Assembly: GCA_021774625.1 (NCBI GenBank)
Contig: JAJFIV010000031.1
Span: 64,180-128,179 of the forward strand
Length of the DNA: 64,000 bases
Direction: 5' to 3'
Origin: Alphaproteobacteria bacterium
Lineage (GTDB): Bacteria; Pseudomonadota; Alphaproteobacteria; Sphingomonadales; JAKSBY01
The notes beneath the pieces were generated by a model that saw only the letters and a program-made list of their open reading frames with translations, ran no database searches and had not been told where the DNA came from. How positions within the stretch are numbered: the first letter of the stretch is position 1; the number at the start of each line of letters is the position of its first letter. Position numbers and translations under genes: made by a program. Shown here piece by piece: positions 62,035 to 64,000 of the stretch.

Positions 62035-62892
62035 ATGTGGGCTGAAATCAAACGCCATTTTAGACTGATCGGGCTCGCGGTCCGGCGGCTATTTGTCGAT
62101 GACGGTATGGTGCATGCGGGAAACATGTCCTTTCTCGGCATGCTGTCATTATTCCCGTTTCTTCTTTTTCTGGTGACCCTGAGTGGTTTTTTCGGCCAGA
62201 CCCAGGCGGGGCTGGACGCCATAGGATTTGCGATGGAAAATATGCCGCCGGATGTTGCCGCGCCGTTACAGGAGGCGATCGGCGGCATTATCGTCAATGC
62301 GCGCGGTGATATCCTGACCTTCAGTATCCTGATTGCGCTCTGGACCTCGGCTTCCGGGGTGGAGGCCGCCCGTTCCGCCGTGCTGCGGGCCTATGGGGCG
62401 GAATATAGAAAGGCTTTTTGGCTGCACCGTCTGGAAAGCTTCGCTGTGGTTATTGTCACAGCCCTTCTTGCTTTCCTCAGTATGAGTTTTCTGGTGCTGG
62501 GGCCGGCTATTATTGAGGGTTTCAACGCGCTTGTGACCCTGCCGGACGTGATCTGGAAGGCATGGGGCTGGGTCCGTTACGGCGTCAGCCCGCTGGTCCT
62601 GTTTATTGCGATTTACGGGCTCTTTATGGCGCTGTCTCCCTGGCGGGCCATTCACCGGCGGTTCCGCGCTCCCGGCGCTTTTGCGGTGGTGCTGATCTGG
62701 ATGGCGACAGCGGGCGGTCTTTCGCTCTATCTGCGGCATTTCGGTAATTATGACGTGACTTACGGCAGTTTGGCCGGCATTGTCATCGCCCAGCTTTTTT
62801 TCTTTATTGTCAGCATCGGTTTTATTTTCGGCGCCGAGCTGAATGCCGCCTACAGCCGGCATCATCAGCCGGACGAGAATATAACTGAGTAA
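62035..62892 (+). CDS. YihY/BrkB-family membrane protein
   Basis: HAGNMSFLGMLSLFPFLLFL, six TM and ..FIFGAELNAAY. Confidence 0.8.
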   Translation: MWAEIKRHFRLIGLAVRRLFVDDGMVHAGNMSFLGMLSLFPFLLFLVTLSGFFGQTQAGLDAIGFAMENMPPDVAAPLQEAIGGIIVNARGDILTFSILIALWTSASGVEAARSAVLRAYGAEYRKAFWLHRLESFAVVIVTALLAFLSMSFLVLGPAIIEGFNALVTLPDVIWKAWGWVRYGVSPLVLFIAIYGLFMALSPWRAIHRRFRAPGAFAVVLIWMATAGGLSLYLRHFGNYDVTYGSLAGIVIAQLFFFIVSIGFIFGAELNAAYSRHHQPDENITE

Positions 62893-62979
62893 TTAATCAT
62901 GGCCGTGATACTGTCAGGATATTGACGCGATATTGCGTTGGTGTAGGATGGCGGCAAATCAGCGTCAAGGAAGGATTTT

Positions 62980-63792
62980 ATGAGCAGCAATCAACCCATT
63001 CTGGCAGGCAAGAGAGGTTTGATTATGGGCGTCGCAAATGATCGCTCATTGGCTTGGGGCATAGCAAAAGCGGCGCGCGATCATGGGGCGGAGCTTGCTT
63101 TCACCTATCAGGGGGAAGCGCTGGAGCGGCGGGTTAAGCCGCTGGCGGAAACGCTGGGTTCTGATATCGTTTTACCGTGCGATGTAACGGATGATGCCTC
63201 GATGGATGCCGTTTTTGAGGTTTTGGCAGATAAATGGGGCGCGCTCGATTTTGTTCTCCACGCCATCGGGTTTTCTGACAAGAATGAACTGCGCGGCCGT
63301 TATGTGGATACCACGGCCGGTAATTTCGCCATGACCATGAATATTTCCTGTTATTCCTTCACGGCCGTTGCCCAGCGGGCCGAAAAACTGATGAAGGATG
63401 GCGGCTCGATGCTGACTCTCACCTATTATGGGGCGGAGAAAGTGACGCCTCATTACAATGTGATGGGCCTGGCGAAGGCGGCGCTTGAAACCAGCGTGAA
63501 ATATCTGGCGAAGGATCTCGGCGAGAAAAACATCCGGGTCAATGCGATTTCCGCCGGCCCGGTCCGGACACTGGCGGCGTCGGGCATCGGCGATTTCCGC
63601 TATATTCTGAAATGGAATGAGCTGAACGCTCCCCTGAAACGGAATATTACCATCGAAGACGTGGGGGGCGCCGGTGTTTACCTGATTAGTGATCTTTCCT
63701 CCGGTGTGACCGGTGAAATTCACCATGTGGATGCGGGCTATAATGTGATGGCCATGAAACGGGAAGATGCGCCCGATATCGCGCTGTCGTAA
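62980..63792 (+). CDS. fabI: Enoyl-[acyl-carrier-protein] reductase (NADH)
   Basis: LAGKRGLIMGVANDRSLAWGIA, YNVMGLAKAALE (the Tyr/Lys catalytic pair region) and ISAGPVRTLA. Confidence 0.9.
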   Translation: MSSNQPILAGKRGLIMGVANDRSLAWGIAKAARDHGAELAFTYQGEALERRVKPLAETLGSDIVLPCDVTDDASMDAVFEVLADKWGALDFVLHAIGFSDKNELRGRYVDTTAGNFAMTMNISCYSFTAVAQRAEKLMKDGGSMLTLTYYGAEKVTPHYNVMGLAKAALETSVKYLAKDLGEKNIRVNAISAGPVRTLAASGIGDFRYILKWNELNAPLKRNITIEDVGGAGVYLISDLSSGVTGEIHHVDAGYNVMAMKREDAPDIALS

Positions 63793-63801
63793 GCGATAGC
63801 G

Positions 63802-64000
63802 ATGTCCTGCAATACTTTCGGCAGATTGTTCCGTTTTACCACCTGGGGGGAATCCCACGGGCCCGCCATTGGTTGTGTGGTGGATGGCGCACCGCCGAAG
63901 ATTGCGCTTTCGGAGGCTGACATCCAGCCCTGGCTCGATAAAAGGCGGCCCGGCCAATCCCGCCATACCACCCAGCGGCGGGAAGCGGATCAGGTCAAAA
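63802..64000 (+). CDS. aroC: Chorismate synthase, 5' part (runs off the window)
   Basis: [32 protein letters not shown]... It is absent from the ORF track because no stop lies inside the window. Confidence 0.85.
   Translation, partial: MSCNTFGRLFRFTTWGESHGPAIGCVVDGAPPKIALSEADIQPWLDKRRPGQSRHTTQRREADQVK

Noticed and set aside
1-64000. Search by eye for tRNA/rRNA genes, CRISPR repeats, IS elements, integrases, phage genes, and classical defence genes (nucleases, helicases, methyltransferases).
   Set aside because: I found nothing convincing: no T-loop-like GGTTCGAATCC motifs, no regularly spaced repeats, and no transposase or integrase translations. A proper tRNAscan, Infernal or ISfinder run could still find small elements.

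Overview
This is a densely coding 64-kb chromosomal segment with about 60 CDS on both strands. I could not recognise any rRNA, tRNA, CRISPR array, transposase, integrase or phage genes. An alphaproteobacterial origin is inferred from four things: the gene content (DUF1457/PAS_5 protein, Rickettsia-type 17-kDa-antigen-like lipoproteins), a pdxH / dnaJ-like / fabI / aroC neighbourhood, two CTTGAC-N17-CTATAT-type promoter candidates, and generally high GC by eye. Most of the window is ordinary metabolism and transport. This includes nadA, ilvE, pdxH, fabI, a partial aroC, a thiolase, two IorAB-like molybdoenzyme pairs, modA, SulP, CPA1, CaCA and CDF transporters, amidohydrolases, MBL hydrolases, and several two-component sensors. 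Two accessory modules stand out. (1) At 18.8-25.2 kb lies a visibly lower-GC three-gene module bounded by hairpins. It encodes an RpfF-type DSF-synthase domain fused to a heme-oxygenase-like diiron oxidase domain, transcribed divergently from a REC-PAS-kinase and an RpfC-like membrane hybrid kinase (HK, pseudo-REC, REC, HPt). I read it as a candidate new diffusible-signal (quorum-sensing-like) system. (2) At 0-7.1 kb lies a myo-inositol-1-phosphate synthase cluster with a cytidylyltransferase, an IPCT/DIPPS-like fusion with degenerate motifs, a second canonical CDP-alcohol phosphotransferase, a glycosyltransferase and a flippase. This suggests a CDP-inositol-dependent inositol-phosphate product, either a lipid head group or a solute. 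Smaller oddities are:
- a lipidated subtilisin autotransporter with a 12-Pro tract
- a secreted His/Arg/Tyr-rich peptide next to a PepSY two-component operon
- two paralogous surface lipoproteins 50 kb apart
- an orphan chemoreceptor C-terminal fragment
- an alkyltransferase-like (Cys to Trp) MGMT homologue
- a low-GC orphan gene beside a structured repeat-like spacer
All functional calls come from reading the translations. No database search was run.
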